Shown: positions 6,620 to 17,109, numbered from the stretch's first letter. The stretch is 22,607 bases of DNA from Candidatus Zixiibacteriota bacterium (GCA_041742355.1 JBGSIV010000102.1:1-22607), one strand, 5' to 3'. Notes: generated from the letters alone by a model not told the origin. Numbers and translations: made by a program.

Positions 6620-8752
6620 CTACTGTACCGAAATCCCCAGCACGTTGAAGATGAAGGCGTACTCGAACGCCACTTCCTTCAGAAAGTCGTACCGCCCCGA
6701 TGCCCCCCCGTGGCCGGCATCCATGTTGGTTTTCAGCAGCAGGAGGTCGTCGTCCGCCCGAGTCGCCCTCAGTTTTGCCACCCACTTGGCCGGCTCCCAG
6801 TACTGCACGCGCGGATCATTCAGGCCCGCCGTGACCAGCATGGCCGGGTAGTCCGTCGCGGCCACGTTGTCGTACGGCGAGTAGGAGAGCATGTAGTCGA
6901 AGTACTCCCGGTCCTTCGGATTCCCCCATTCTTCGAACTCGGTCACCGTCAACGGAATCGACTCATCCAGCATCGAGTTGATCACGTCGACAAACGGCAC
7001 TTCGGCCACAGCCACCCGGGCGAGACCCGGCCGCATCGTCACGACCGCGCCGATCAGCAGCCCTCCGGCACTCGCACCGTTGATCACCAGGCGGTCGTGC
7101 GACGTATACCCCTGCTCGACCAGGTATTCGCCGCAGGCGATGAAGTCGGTAAACGTGTTCTTCTTGCGGAGCATCTTCCCGTCTTCATACCACGGCCTGC
7201 CCAGGTCTCCGCCGCCGCGGACATGGGCGATGGCCCACACGAACCCCCGATCCAGCAGGCTCAGGCGACCGGATGAGAACCACGGCTCCGTCGCGTATCC
7301 GTACGCTCCATACGCGTAGAGGTACAGCGGATTCCGTCCGTCTCTCTGCACGCCCTTATGGTAACACAGGGAGATCGGAATTCTGGTCCCGTCGGGTGCC
7401 GTCGCCCACGCCCGCTCCTGCACATAGTTCTCTCGAACATACCTGCCCAGCACTTCCTCCTGCTTCAGCAGTTTCCGCTCGCGTGTCGCCATATTGTAGT
7501 CGTAGACACTGCTGGGTGTGAGCAGCGACTGGAAGTCATAGCGGAGGAGCGTGGCATCGTATGACGGATTTCCCGCCGGGTAGGCCGAGTATATCGACTC
7601 GTCGAACTGAACATAGTGCTCCGCTCCGTCGGATACCTGTCGAATTCGGATAGCCGGCAGCCCCCTGTCCCGTTCGTAGATCACCAGATAGTCCTTGAAA
7701 CAGTCAACCCCTTCCAGTTTCACCGAGTCGCGGGCCGGCAAAACCTCGGTCCAGTTGGCCGGCGACGGATCGGTGACGGGGGCACTCATCAGACGGAAGT
7801 TGACCGCATCCTTGTTGGTGGTGATATAGAACTTGTCCCCCTGGTGATCCACCATGTACTCGACATTCTGCTCCCGCGGCGCCATCACCTTGAACGACCC
7901 GCTGGGATTATCGGACTTCAGGAACCAGGTCTCCGAGGTCACCTGGCTACCGAGCATCATGACCAGGTACTCCCGGCTGCGTGTCTCCGCCAGCCCCATA
8001 TAGTACGCCTCGTCCGCCTCTTCGTAAACGAGTTCGTCGTCGGCAGGCGGTGTGCCCAGAACATGACGATACAACCGGTACGGCCGCCGGGTTTCGTCTT
8101 CAACCGTATAAAAAAGCGTCCGGTTGTCCGCCGCCCACGCCAGGCTGGAGACATTCGGCACCGTGTCGGCGAAGTATTCCCGGTTCTCCAGATTGAGCAC
8201 GACCAGTGTGTAGGTTTCCGCACCCGCCGTATCAAACGTATAGGCCAGGATCTGCTGGCTCGGGCTGATCTCGTGCGCCCCGACGTTGTAGTAGTCATGT
8301 CCCTCGGCAAGGAGGTTGATGTCGAGCAGCACTTCCTCCGGTGCGTCCAGCGTTCCTCGCTTCCGGCAGAAGATCCCGTACTGCTTTCCCTCTTCCGTGC
8401 GGGCGTAGTAGTAGTAATCCATGTACCGGTAGGGGACGGTCATGTCGGTTTCTTTGATCCGCCCCTTCATCTCCGCGAAAAGCAGTTCCTGCATCTTCTC
8501 CGTGTGTTCCATCATCGACTCGGTGTACGCGTTTTCGGCCTCAAGGTAGGCCAGCACCGCCGAATCCCCGCGGTTGCGCAGCCAGTAGTAGTTGTCGACC
8601 CGTTCGATGCCGTGTACCGTGTCAATGTGCGGCCGTACGGCCGCCACCGGCGGGGCAATTGCGACAGTCGCTTCACCCGACCAGCCGACAGGGGCGACAA
8701 CCGCGGCAGTCACAACCAGCATCACGAGAAACGTGCAGCGTCTGGGGTTCAT
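6620..8752 (-). CDS. ptrB: Oligopeptidase B (protease II, S9A family) with a signal peptide
   Basis: DNYYWLR, YLEAENAYT, YAYGAYG, AHVRGGG, catalytic GASAGG, EFEEWGNP, GLNDPRVQYWEPAKW, AGHGGASGR; AGGAGGT RBS at 8768-8762. Confidence 0.93.
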   Translation of the reverse strand: MNPRRCTFLVMLVVTAAVVAPVGWSGEATVAIAPPVAAVRPHIDTVHGIERVDNYYWLRNRGDSAVLAYLEAENAYTESMMEHTEKMQELLFAEMKGRIKETDMTVPYRYMDYYYYARTEEGKQYGIFCRKRGTLDAPEEVLLDINLLAEGHDYYNVGAHEISPSQQILAYTFDTAGAETYTLVVLNLENREYFADTVPNVSSLAWAADNRTLFYTVEDETRRPYRLYRHVLGTPPADDELVYEEADEAYYMGLAETRSREYLVMMLGSQVTSETWFLKSDNPSGSFKVMAPREQNVEYMVDHQGDKFYITTNKDAVNFRLMSAPVTDPSPANWTEVLPARDSVKLEGVDCFKDYLVIYERDRGLPAIRIRQVSDGAEHYVQFDESIYSAYPAGNPSYDATLLRYDFQSLLTPSSVYDYNMATRERKLLKQEEVLGRYVRENYVQERAWATAPDGTRIPISLCYHKGVQRDGRNPLYLYAYGAYGYATEPWFSSGRLSLLDRGFVWAIAHVRGGGDLGRPWYEDGKMLRKKNTFTDFIACGEYLVEQGYTSHDRLVINGASAGGLLIGAVVTMRPGLARVAVAEVPFVDVINSMLDESIPLTVTEFEEWGNPKDREYFDYMLSYSPYDNVAATDYPAMLVTAGLNDPRVQYWEPAKWVAKLRATRADDDLLLLKTNMDAGHGGASGRYDFLKEVAFEYAFIFNVLGISVQ

Positions 8753-8983
8753 TGCGTCAGGACCTCCTATGGTGAGCAGTGATTACGACCGATGTCATGC
8801 CGGATAACCGCCATGAAGAATCGGCGCGTCATCCATCGCAACCAATGTAACATCGACTGCTCACTCTGTCATGCGGAAAAAGAGCGCAGGTCCGCCTCAT
8901 CGCGCTGGAGAGCCGGCACCACAGCTTATCGCAGCATCTTTTGGGTAAATCCGGGCAAAGTCGGGATGATATCGCCAATCCCA

Positions 8984-9011
8984 TTGACAACTGCTCCGAA
9001 CCCCTTACATT
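8984..9011 (+). promoter_or_regulatory. sigma70 promoter for the S8 peptidase gene
   Basis: TTGACA (8984-8989), 16-bp spacer, TACATT (9006-9011). Confidence 0.55.
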
Positions 9012-9127
9012 GTATTTGAATCCGGCGCTTGGCGCGCTGTGCCAGCGGTCGCCGGACTGGGCCGGGTTCGCCCATCGTTCTTACACGCGGTTTTCGCGAT
9101 TCATTGCGACTGCCCTGATACCTCGAG

Positions 9128-12100
9128 GTGTTCATGCGCCGGTGCTTTGGTCCGATTCTGCTCTGGTTTTTGTGTTCCTTCTCTTTCGCCGAGGTACGTG
9201 CGGTTGGAACGGCTTCCGAAACCGACGAGCCGGCGAAACGCGTTCCCGGACAACTCATCATCCAGGTAAGCTCCGAAAAGGCTGCGCCGCAGGTGGCCGA
9301 CGACTTCGCCGCGAGCCGTCTCCGGCCAGCCCGCCTTCTCTCCCACCGGCTCAACATCTGGCTCTTCGAATTCGATACACTCACCACAAAGGCCGCACTT
9401 GACGCCGATCGTCTCCTGGACGATCTCCACCGGCACCCGGCGGTGGAACTTGCCCAATTCAATCATGCGATCGATCTGCGTTCGACCATCCCCAATGACC
9501 CCTTCTTTGTCAACCAATGGGGGCTGCACAACACCGGTCAGACCGGGGGGACCGCGGATGCCGATATCGACGCCCCGGAAGCCTGGGATCTCGGGATTTC
9601 CGGCACGACCGTCTCCGGCGATCCCATCGTCATCGCCGTCGTCGATGCCGGCTGCGATTTGAGCCATCCGGATATAGCCTACTTCAAGAACATCCATGAG
9701 ATTGCGGCCAACGGTCTTGATGACGACGGCAACGGGTACATCGACGATTATCATGGTTGGAACGCCGGTCAGGGGAACGGCAATGTGACCAGTTCCGATC
9801 ATGGAACCCATGTCGCCGGCATTGCCGCAGCGAAAGGGAACAATCTCAGCGGCGTCTGCGGCGTCAACTGGAATGTCCAGGTCATGCCCATAGTGGGTTC
9901 CACTCAGCAGGAGGCGATTGCCGTTGCCGCGTATGCTTATGCCCTCGAAATGCGGGCGCAATACAATGAGACCGATGGCGCGTCCGGCGCCTTTGTGGTC
10001 GCCACCAACTCCTCGTTCGGCGTCGATTTCGGCGACCCCGCAGACTATCCGATCTGGTGCGCTCTGTACGATTCGCTGGGAGCATACGGTGTGCTCAGCG
10101 CCGGGGCCGCGCCCAACATTCACCTGGACGTCGATGTCGAGGGGGACATTCCCACCGCGTGCCCCAGTGATTTCCTCCTTGCGGTGACCAACACGACTTC
10201 CTCCGACCAGCTCAACTCCTCGGTCGGCTACGGCCTGGAGTCCATAGACCTCGGCGCCCCCGGCACCAGTGTCTACTCCACTCTGCAGGGGGGCGGATAC
10301 GGAGCCAAAACCGGCGCTTCGATGGCCTCCCCCCATGTCGCCGGCGCCATTGGTTACCTGTACAGCGTGACGGACCTTGACCTGATCATGCTGGCCCGGG
10401 TACGTCCTGATTCGGTTGCCTTGCTCATGAAACAGGCGATACTCGGTTCCGTGGATCCCAAACCTTCGCTCACGGGCATAACCGTTTCCGGCGGACGACT
10501 GAACCTTCACCAGGCCGCTCTCGCTGCCCGGGCTATCGCGGTCGGCCTGACCATCCTCCATAACCCCCTTCCCGACACGCGCGACACGCTCAATCCCTGC
10601 CCCGTCGCCGCCACAGTCTTCTCCGACACCGCACTCATCCCGGATTCGATTCTGCTTCACTACGAAATCGACGGCGTCACCACCACCTTGAGTATGAGCC
10701 CTGGCCCGGGTGCTGACGAGTACCTCTCATCAATACCGGCCCAGTCCCCCGGCACCGTGATAGCGTACCGGCTCACCGCCCGAGACGTAGCCGGGCAGGC
10801 CGACACTTCAGGCCCACACACGTTCAGGGTTGTTGACTACGCTTTGGCTTTGCGGCCAGACTTCTCCGCATCCAGCGGCTTGATTGGCGACACCGTCTGG
10901 CATGCCTTGTGGATTGTCAACGGTGGATTGGTTCCCGACAGCTACGGCCTGACAGCCCCGGTATCGAACTGGCCTACCGCACTCTACGATAGCTCGCGGG
11001 CGACCCAGATTTCGAGTACGCCGGCTATTCCCCCGGGGGATTCCCTTCGCTTCACCGTTCGGGTTATCGTCCCGGCGAGCGCTTATCTCTCCACCGATAC
11101 GGCTTCGGTGCAAGCAGTCTCGGTCGGCGATCCAGGCCTCTCGGCGACGGCGACGCGCGTGACGGTGTCCGATGGCTCATCTATGGAACTCCCTTTCGCC
11201 GAGACCTTCGCGGAGATTTTCATCGACCCTCTCTTTTGGGCACGTGCGGTTGAAATGCAGATTGATGAAACCGGCCTCGGCGAACTATCTGCTCCGTACA
11301 GCCTGCACCTGAACGGCAACCGCTTTGGCGCGGACACCGTTATCTCGACGGCTGTTGACCTGGCCGGTCAAGACGCTGTACACTTCCGCTTTGCATGGGA
11401 GAGAACGGGTGGCGGTGACTCCCCCGAACCAGGCGATGATCTCTGCGTCGATTACGTCGATTCTGTGGGGGGCTGGCAGGAACTCATTTGTATCTCCGGT
11501 GACGGCCCCGACATGTCCACCTTCACCGAGGAGGAGTTCTCCCTTCATCAGGATGCCCTGCATCGGCGCTTCCGTTTTCGAATTCGCTGTACCGGAAACG
11601 TCGGACCCTTTGACGACTGGTTTGTCGACAACATAGAGGTAGCCCTGCCTCCACCCTTTGGTGTCGCGCTGACGCCGTCACTTTCGGCCCGATCCGGTCC
11701 GGCCGGGTCTGCGGTCGATCATCCTTTTACTCTGCGCAATCGGGGAGCGTCACTTGATCAGTTCAGCCTGCAGGCCGATGATTTGGGCGGCTGGCCACTC
11801 CAGATTTATGACTCCTCCGGGTCGACTCCGGTGAACCTCACACCTCTTCTTTCACCCGGGGACTCTTTGCACCTGATTGCCCGCGTCATCATTGCCTCCG
11901 ACGCCGCGGCCTCCTCGATCAACCCATCACGCCTTCTGGCCGGCTCGCAGGCGGAATCAGGCGCCGTCGATACTGCCCTCATCGAAACAATTTCCGACGG
12001 CCCTTCCTCTACCCTTCCCTGGTTTGAAAGTTTCCCGACCGACACCGCCAACGTCCTGCGCTGGTTCTTTTTGGGCACTGCCTCGATTTCTCCCGAGGCC

Positions 12101-13750
12101 GTCAATCCCCCTTCCGGACCATTTGCCCTCAAACTCGACGGTAGCGTGGACACTGTAGTCAGCCAGACCATTGATCTTGGCTCCGCCTCCGAAGTCATCT
12201 TCACGTACTACTACCAAAAAGGGGCGGGCGAACCTCCTGATAACGGGGACGACCTCTGGATCGAGTACCAGGACAACACCGGGCAGTGGATTCTGCTGGA
12301 CCACCTGAGCGGCGACGGCATCGCCATGGGCCGATTCGAGCGGCGGTCAATTCTGCTGGGATCGGACGCGCTCCACTCGGCGTTCAGATTCCGCCTTCGC
12401 TCCTTCGGATCCTGCGCCACGTGTGACCATTGGTTCATCGACAACATTCGACTCGACCTGGCGCCGTCCCTCTCGGTCCAGCCGGCTTCGATAGTGGCGA
12501 CGCTCGATCGTGGCGATTCGCTCGTCCTGAAGCTGATTGTTGCTAACAGCGGCCCGGGGGCTCTCGATTTTTCCCTCGCTCGCGCCCAACCTGCCGAGAG
12601 CCCGCAAGAAACCGCAGCAGACGGCATCGGTCGACTGGGTTCGGCCCGGCACGCATACCCCGAGGGGTTTTTCGATATCGCAGCGGAGAAGGGGTTGCCT
12701 CGGACTCTCTCCGGCCCCACGGCAATCTTCAGCGCCGGCGGTCCGGATGAATACGGGTATGTGTGGGTCGACTCGGATGATCCTTCCGGCTTTGGATTTC
12801 AGTGGATCGATATCGCCGATAGCGGCGCCAACCTGGCCCCCGCCCTGAGCGATGACAACTTCGCCGGCCCGTATCCTGTCGGCTTCCCGTTTCCCTTCTA
12901 CGACTCTGCCTATACTGAGCTCTATATCGGTTCCAACGGAATCATCGGCTTCACGCCGGATGGCATGGACAGCCGCGCCAACACGAGCCTCCCCAGCGGC
13001 GCCGCCCCGAACTCCCTCCTCGCATGGATGTGGAGTGATCTGGATCCCTCCGACCTCGACAATCCGGGCGTCGGCGTGCACATGGCCTCCGACTCCGACC
13101 ACTGCACCATCCAATTCACAGACTACCCCGAATACGGTGCCTCCCCTGGGGACGTCATCACCGCTCAAGTAAGGCTCTTTCCTGACGGCACAGCTCTTTT
13201 CCAGTACCTGAGTATCGCGGCAGGCTTCGCCACCAACACTGGTTCGGTTGGCATCGAAGGACCTGATGGCGCCGCGGGCCTTGAAGTCGCCTACCTTATC
13301 CCTTATCTGCATGATTCACTGGCGATACAGTTTGCCAGCCCCTTCGCCTGGCTTACACCCGGTAAGGACCGTGGAGAGGTTGCGCCACATGCCGCCGATA
13401 CGATCGACCTCGTCGTGCGCGCGGCCGGTCTGGACTCCGGTGTTTACAACCTTGATCTCATCGTCTCATCAAACAACCCAGTGGATCCTCCGCTCACCGT
13501 ACCGGTTCAACTGACCGTAGAAGTACCCATTGCCTACCTGTGCGGAGATATAAACGCGGACGGGACTGGGCCCAACGTCGCCGACCTGACCTATCTGGTC
13601 AACTTTCTCTTCCGCAACGGTCCTCCTCTCTCGGTGCTGGTTTCTGGAGACGTGAACAACTCGGGTGGCTCACCCAATGTCAGCGACCTGACCTATCTGG
13701 TCGCGTACCTCTTCCGCGACGGACCGGCCCCTGCTTGCCCCCCGCAGTAG
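9128..13750 (+). CDS. Large secreted S8 (subtilisin-like) serine peptidase with repeated Ig-like/jelly-roll modules and a C-terminal dockerin-like domain
   Basis: Signal peptide; PNDP..QWGL; Asp (IAVVDAG), His (HGTHVAG), Ser (GASMASPHVAG); GGRLN; duplicated D(I/V)N..G..PNV(A/S)DLTYLVxxLFRxGP at the C-terminus. Start is GTG 9128 or ATG 9134. Confidence 0.92.
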   Translation: MFMRRCFGPILLWFLCSFSFAEVRAVGTASETDEPAKRVPGQLIIQVSSEKAAPQVADDFAASRLRPARLLSHRLNIWLFEFDTLTTKAALDADRLLDDLHRHPAVELAQFNHAIDLRSTIPNDPFFVNQWGLHNTGQTGGTADADIDAPEAWDLGISGTTVSGDPIVIAVVDAGCDLSHPDIAYFKNIHEIAANGLDDDGNGYIDDYHGWNAGQGNGNVTSSDHGTHVAGIAAAKGNNLSGVCGVNWNVQVMPIVGSTQQEAIAVAAYAYALEMRAQYNETDGASGAFVVATNSSFGVDFGDPADYPIWCALYDSLGAYGVLSAGAAPNIHLDVDVEGDIPTACPSDFLLAVTNTTSSDQLNSSVGYGLESIDLGAPGTSVYSTLQGGGYGAKTGASMASPHVAGAIGYLYSVTDLDLIMLARVRPDSVALLMKQAILGSVDPKPSLTGITVSGGRLNLHQAALAARAIAVGLTILHNPLPDTRDTLNPCPVAATVFSDTALIPDSILLHYEIDGVTTTLSMSPGPGADEYLSSIPAQSPGTVIAYRLTARDVAGQADTSGPHTFRVVDYALALRPDFSASSGLIGDTVWHALWIVNGGLVPDSYGLTAPVSNWPTALYDSSRATQISSTPAIPPGDSLRFTVRVIVPASAYLSTDTASVQAVSVGDPGLSATATRVTVSDGSSMELPFAETFAEIFIDPLFWARAVEMQIDETGLGELSAPYSLHLNGNRFGADTVISTAVDLAGQDAVHFRFAWERTGGGDSPEPGDDLCVDYVDSVGGWQELICISGDGPDMSTFTEEEFSLHQDALHRRFRFRIRCTGNVGPFDDWFVDNIEVALPPPFGVALTPSLSARSGPAGSAVDHPFTLRNRGASLDQFSLQADDLGGWPLQIYDSSGSTPVNLTPLLSPGDSLHLIARVIIASDAAASSINPSRLLAGSQAESGAVDTALIETISDGPSSTLPWFESFPTDTANVLRWFFLGTASISPEAVNPPSGPFALKLDGSVDTVVSQTIDLGSASEVIFTYYYQKGAGEPPDNGDDLWIEYQDNTGQWILLDHLSGDGIAMGRFERRSILLGSDALHSAFRFRLRSFGSCATCDHWFIDNIRLDLAPSLSVQPASIVATLDRGDSLVLKLIVANSGPGALDFSLARAQPAESPQETAADGIGRLGSARHAYPEGFFDIAAEKGLPRTLSGPTAIFSAGGPDEYGYVWVDSDDPSGFGFQWIDIADSGANLAPALSDDNFAGPYPVGFPFPFYDSAYTELYIGSNGIIGFTPDGMDSRANTSLPSGAAPNSLLAWMWSDLDPSDLDNPGVGVHMASDSDHCTIQFTDYPEYGASPGDVITAQVRLFPDGTALFQYLSIAAGFATNTGSVGIEGPDGAAGLEVAYLIPYLHDSLAIQFASPFAWLTPGKDRGEVAPHAADTIDLVVRAAGLDSGVYNLDLIVSSNNPVDPPLTVPVQLTVEVPIAYLCGDINADGTGPNVADLTYLVNFLFRNGPPLSVLVSGDVNNSGGSPNVSDLTYLVAYLFRDGPAPACPPQ

Positions 13751-13903
13751 GACTCTACGGCCAGCGGCCGACAGATCCGGTTCGATCTGAAACATACCGG
13801 AGGTTTGAGACAGAAATCGTCGGTGGCCAGTAAACCACACAGGAACATCTGTCGACCTTACCGGTATGGCCCCCGTTGTGGAGGGGGTTGCTCTGATTTG
13901 CAC

Positions 13904-13933
13904 TTGACAGAAGTACCGGGGAAGCTGTATATT
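13904..13933 (+). promoter_or_regulatory. sigma70 promoter for the SBBP-repeat gene
   Basis: TTGACA (13904-13909), 18-bp spacer, TATATT (13928-13933). Confidence 0.6.
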
Positions 13934-14001
13934 CGAGATACTAATACGTTGACAACACTTCCCTTCGTTCCGTCGCTGATCGACATCTGGAGTAACTTTT
14001 T

Positions 14002-17000
14002 GTGACATACCGCGGGTCCGTAGCTCGTTGGGCCAAACTGCTGATACCTTTTCTGGCTGTTTGTCTGATTTCTATTGTTGCATCCGGAGATGATGGTTCG
14101 TCGCTCGCTCCGGATCGGGTCGACTTGACCGCCAGGCCCATGTCGGATCAAGGCGACGTCGCGCAGTCTATTACGTTCATTCCAAACGTCGGTCAGTACT
14201 CGGATCTTGTCTCCTTCCGGTCCGACACCCGCGGCGCCATCGTGTGGTTCACGCAAAATGAGGTGTTCTACCATTTCGTCGAGCAGATCGAACCGCCGGA
14301 GCCGGCCGACGAACTGGTCCGCTATGGCTACGCCACTCCCGATGAACCGGACAGCGTCGCATACCGCCTCGTGCGCATCTCGTTCGTCGGCGCTAACCAG
14401 TCTCCTCAGGTCCGGGGGCGTACCGGGGTTGGCATGACGACCAACTACTTCTTTGGCGCCGGTCAGAGCTCCTGGCGCCCCGACGTCCCTCACTACAGCG
14501 AGGTTGTATTTGAGGACCTCTACGATGGGATCAACCTGGTGTACCATGCCTCCAATCAGGCCCTCGAGTATGACTTTGAAGTCGCCGTCGGCGCCGATCC
14601 CAAACAGATCCAGGTCCGGGTTGCGGGTGCCCAGAACCTCTCGGTCGATTCCGAGGGCCGCCTCATTATCTCCACCGACTACGGCCGTATCGAGGAACAG
14701 GCTCCGGTCGTGTACCAGGAACGGGACGGCCGGCGTCTCCCCGTCGCTGCCGATTTTGCTCTGTACGGCAACAATGTTTTCGGCTTCTCTCTCCCCCACG
14801 GGTACGACCCCGGCCTCCCCCTGATAATCGACCCCGTCATCGAATACAGCACCATGCTCGGCGGTGCCTCCAACGACTACAGCCGCGATGTCACCATTGA
14901 CAGTGACGGCGCCGCGTTCCTGGTTGGATACGTCACGTCGAGCGATTTCCCCCTGAAGAGTGCCTACGACAGCACCTACAGCGGCGGCGCCCCGGCTGCT
15001 TACGACATTATCGCCGTGAAGGTGGCCCCTTTCTGCGATTCTCTCATGTACAGCACCTACATCGGTGGCGCGACCGGCGATGAACGGGCCTACGCCGCTC
15101 AGGTCAACAGCCTCGGCGAACTGATCCTCGTCGGCCAGACTTCCTCCACTGACTTTCCGACCGTTAGCCCCTACCAGGCCTCCATCGGCGGCGGTGAAGA
15201 CGCTTTCATCGTGAGGCTCTCCCCTGCCGGAAACGCGCTGCTCTCCGCGACCTACCTCGGCGGCAGCGACGACGACATCGCCAACGATGTCGCACTCGAT
15301 GGTTTCGGTAACATCTATGTCGCCGGAAAGACCGCTTCCACCGATTATCCGGTCTCCGGTTCGGCGTTCGACAACAGCCTCGACGGCGCTACGGACGCCT
15401 TCGTGGCGAGTTTCGATGCTGCGGGGCAAAACCTGTCGTACAGCACGTTCCTTGGCGGCACTGCCGGTGACGCAGCTCTGTCGCTTGATGTCAATGCCAC
15501 CGGCGATGCGTTCGCCACGGGATATACTCTCTCAACCGACTTCCCGATTCTCAACGCGTACGACAGCACGTATGGGGGCGGAGCCACTGCCGGCGACGTC
15601 TTCGTCGCTCGCCTGAACTCAGCCGGCAACACCCTGGTCTACGGCACCTACGTCGGAGGGACATCCGACGAGTCCGGTTTGGCCATCGAGGTCGATACTG
15701 CCGACAACGCTTTCGTTACCGGTTACACAAAATCCTCCGGCTTTCCTACCATGCAGGCATTCGACGCCGGATATAATGGCAACCTCGACGTCTTCGTCTT
15801 CAAACTTCAGGGCTCCGGCTCCAGCCTCGCGTACAGCACTTTTCTCGGCGGGAATGGCAATGACCTCGGCGCCGCCATCGGAATCGACTATCTTGGTTAT
15901 GCCTATGTCACCGGTAACACATTTTCCAACGATTTCCCCACGCGCGGCGCATTCGACAGCACCTACAGCTCCGGCGCTGATGCTTTTGTCTCCTGCATTT
16001 ACGAAGCCGGTGATTCCCTCGTCTACAGCACGTACCTCGGCGTCGGCGGATTCGATTTCGGCTACGGCATCGCCGTCGACACGGGCCAGAACGCTTATGT
16101 CGGCGGGTATACCAGCAGCTTTTTCTTCCCAGTTGCCGGAGCGCTTCAGGACTCCTCGATGGGCGCGTACGATCTCTTCCTCACCCGCATGGCCATCGAC
16201 CAGTTCGTCTGTGTCGATACGGACCTGGACGGATACGGCGATCCGAGCCACCCCGAAAACGAGTGCCCCGACGACAACTGCCCGTCGATAGCCAACTCCA
16301 GCCAGGCCGATGCCGACAGCGACGGTGTGGGTGACGCCTGCGATATTTGCGCCGGTTTCGACGATAACGTCGATACCGACAGCGACGGTGTCCCGGACGG
16401 CTGCGATGTCTGCCCCGGCTTCGACGACAATGTTGACTCCGATAACGACGGTACCGCGGACGGCTGCGACCTCTGCCCCGGCTTCGACGATATGATCGAT
16501 GGTGATGCCGACGGGGTTCCGACCGGCTGCGACAACTGCCCGGCGGAGGCAAATCCCGGCCAGTCCGACGGGGATAGCGATGGCCTAGGCGACGACTGTG
16601 ACAATTGCCCCGCTGCCTCCAACGCCGGTCAGGAGGATATCGATATCGATGGTGTCGGGGATGCCTGCGATACCTGCACGGACACTGACAGCGACGGTTA
16701 CGGCAATCCGGGCTACACGGCCACTACCTGCCAGATTGACAACTGCCCGTTCACGTACAATCCGACTCAGGCTGATTCCGACAACGATGGCATCGGCGAC
16801 GCTTGCGACGATGGGTGTTGCGTTGATCCCATCCGCGGCAATGTCAACGGCGACCCCGCCGACGCGGTCAACGTCTCCGACCTGACTTACCTCGTCAAAT
16901 ACCTGTTCCAGACCGGTCCTCCACCCGGATGTAGCGAAGAGGCCGATGTTAATGCTGACGTCAGTGGCCTCGTTAATGTCTCCGACATCACACACCTCGT

Positions 17001-17046
17001 GAACTACCTCTTCAAGGGCGGCGTCGCACCGGCCAGTTGTCCGTAG
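14002..17046 (+). CDS. Secreted SBBP beta-propeller repeat protein with thrombospondin type-3 Ca-binding repeats and a C-terminal dockerin-like domain
   Basis: Signal-like N-terminus; FIPNVGQ / LYDGINL / LEYDF / LIIDP N-domain; repeated YST(Y/F)LGG...G.T.S.DFP units; Asp-rich [12 protein letters not shown] repeats; duplicated NVSD(L/I)TxLVxYLF; GGAG RBS before GTG. Confidence 0.9.
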   Translation: MTYRGSVARWAKLLIPFLAVCLISIVASGDDGSSLAPDRVDLTARPMSDQGDVAQSITFIPNVGQYSDLVSFRSDTRGAIVWFTQNEVFYHFVEQIEPPEPADELVRYGYATPDEPDSVAYRLVRISFVGANQSPQVRGRTGVGMTTNYFFGAGQSSWRPDVPHYSEVVFEDLYDGINLVYHASNQALEYDFEVAVGADPKQIQVRVAGAQNLSVDSEGRLIISTDYGRIEEQAPVVYQERDGRRLPVAADFALYGNNVFGFSLPHGYDPGLPLIIDPVIEYSTMLGGASNDYSRDVTIDSDGAAFLVGYVTSSDFPLKSAYDSTYSGGAPAAYDIIAVKVAPFCDSLMYSTYIGGATGDERAYAAQVNSLGELILVGQTSSTDFPTVSPYQASIGGGEDAFIVRLSPAGNALLSATYLGGSDDDIANDVALDGFGNIYVAGKTASTDYPVSGSAFDNSLDGATDAFVASFDAAGQNLSYSTFLGGTAGDAALSLDVNATGDAFATGYTLSTDFPILNAYDSTYGGGATAGDVFVARLNSAGNTLVYGTYVGGTSDESGLAIEVDTADNAFVTGYTKSSGFPTMQAFDAGYNGNLDVFVFKLQGSGSSLAYSTFLGGNGNDLGAAIGIDYLGYAYVTGNTFSNDFPTRGAFDSTYSSGADAFVSCIYEAGDSLVYSTYLGVGGFDFGYGIAVDTGQNAYVGGYTSSFFFPVAGALQDSSMGAYDLFLTRMAIDQFVCVDTDLDGYGDPSHPENECPDDNCPSIANSSQADADSDGVGDACDICAGFDDNVDTDSDGVPDGCDVCPGFDDNVDSDNDGTADGCDLCPGFDDMIDGDADGVPTGCDNCPAEANPGQSDGDSDGLGDDCDNCPAASNAGQEDIDIDGVGDACDTCTDTDSDGYGNPGYTATTCQIDNCPFTYNPTQADSDNDGIGDACDDGCCVDPIRGNVNGDPADAVNVSDLTYLVKYLFQTGPPPGCSEEADVNADVSGLVNVSDITHLVNYLFKGGVAPASCP
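16210..16812 (+). repeat. Thrombospondin type-3-like intragenic repeats, including a 63-nt (21-aa) tandem unit
   Basis: [21 protein letters not shown] / [21 protein letters not shown] / [21 protein letters not shown] start at 16339, 16402 and 16465; DNCP...N..Q.D.D.DG.GD.CD units flank them. Confidence 0.85.
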
Positions 17047-17074
17047 AACATCTGCCTGCGCCAAAGATTACCCG

Positions 17075-17109
17075 CACGCGGAGGCAATGCCCTCCGCGTG
17101 TTCTTGTTT
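17075..17109 (+). terminator. Intrinsic terminator after the SBBP gene
   Basis: CACGCGGAGG-caatgc-CCTCCGCGTG followed by TTCTTGTTT. Confidence 0.8.

Noticed and set aside
8846..8870. TGTAACA...TGTC as a fourth ECF promoter
   Set aside because: The spacer is 2 nt shorter than in the three consistent copies and the -35 has a mismatch.
13788..13801. TGAAACATACCGGA, a 13/14 match to the sigma-gene promoter -35 region
   Set aside because: No xGTC at the required spacing, and a good sigma70 promoter lies downstream; probably chance.
16210..16812. Periodic nucleotide repeats as a possible CRISPR array
   Set aside because: In-frame coding TSP3 repeats with degenerate codons; no identical repeat-spacer pattern and no cas genes.
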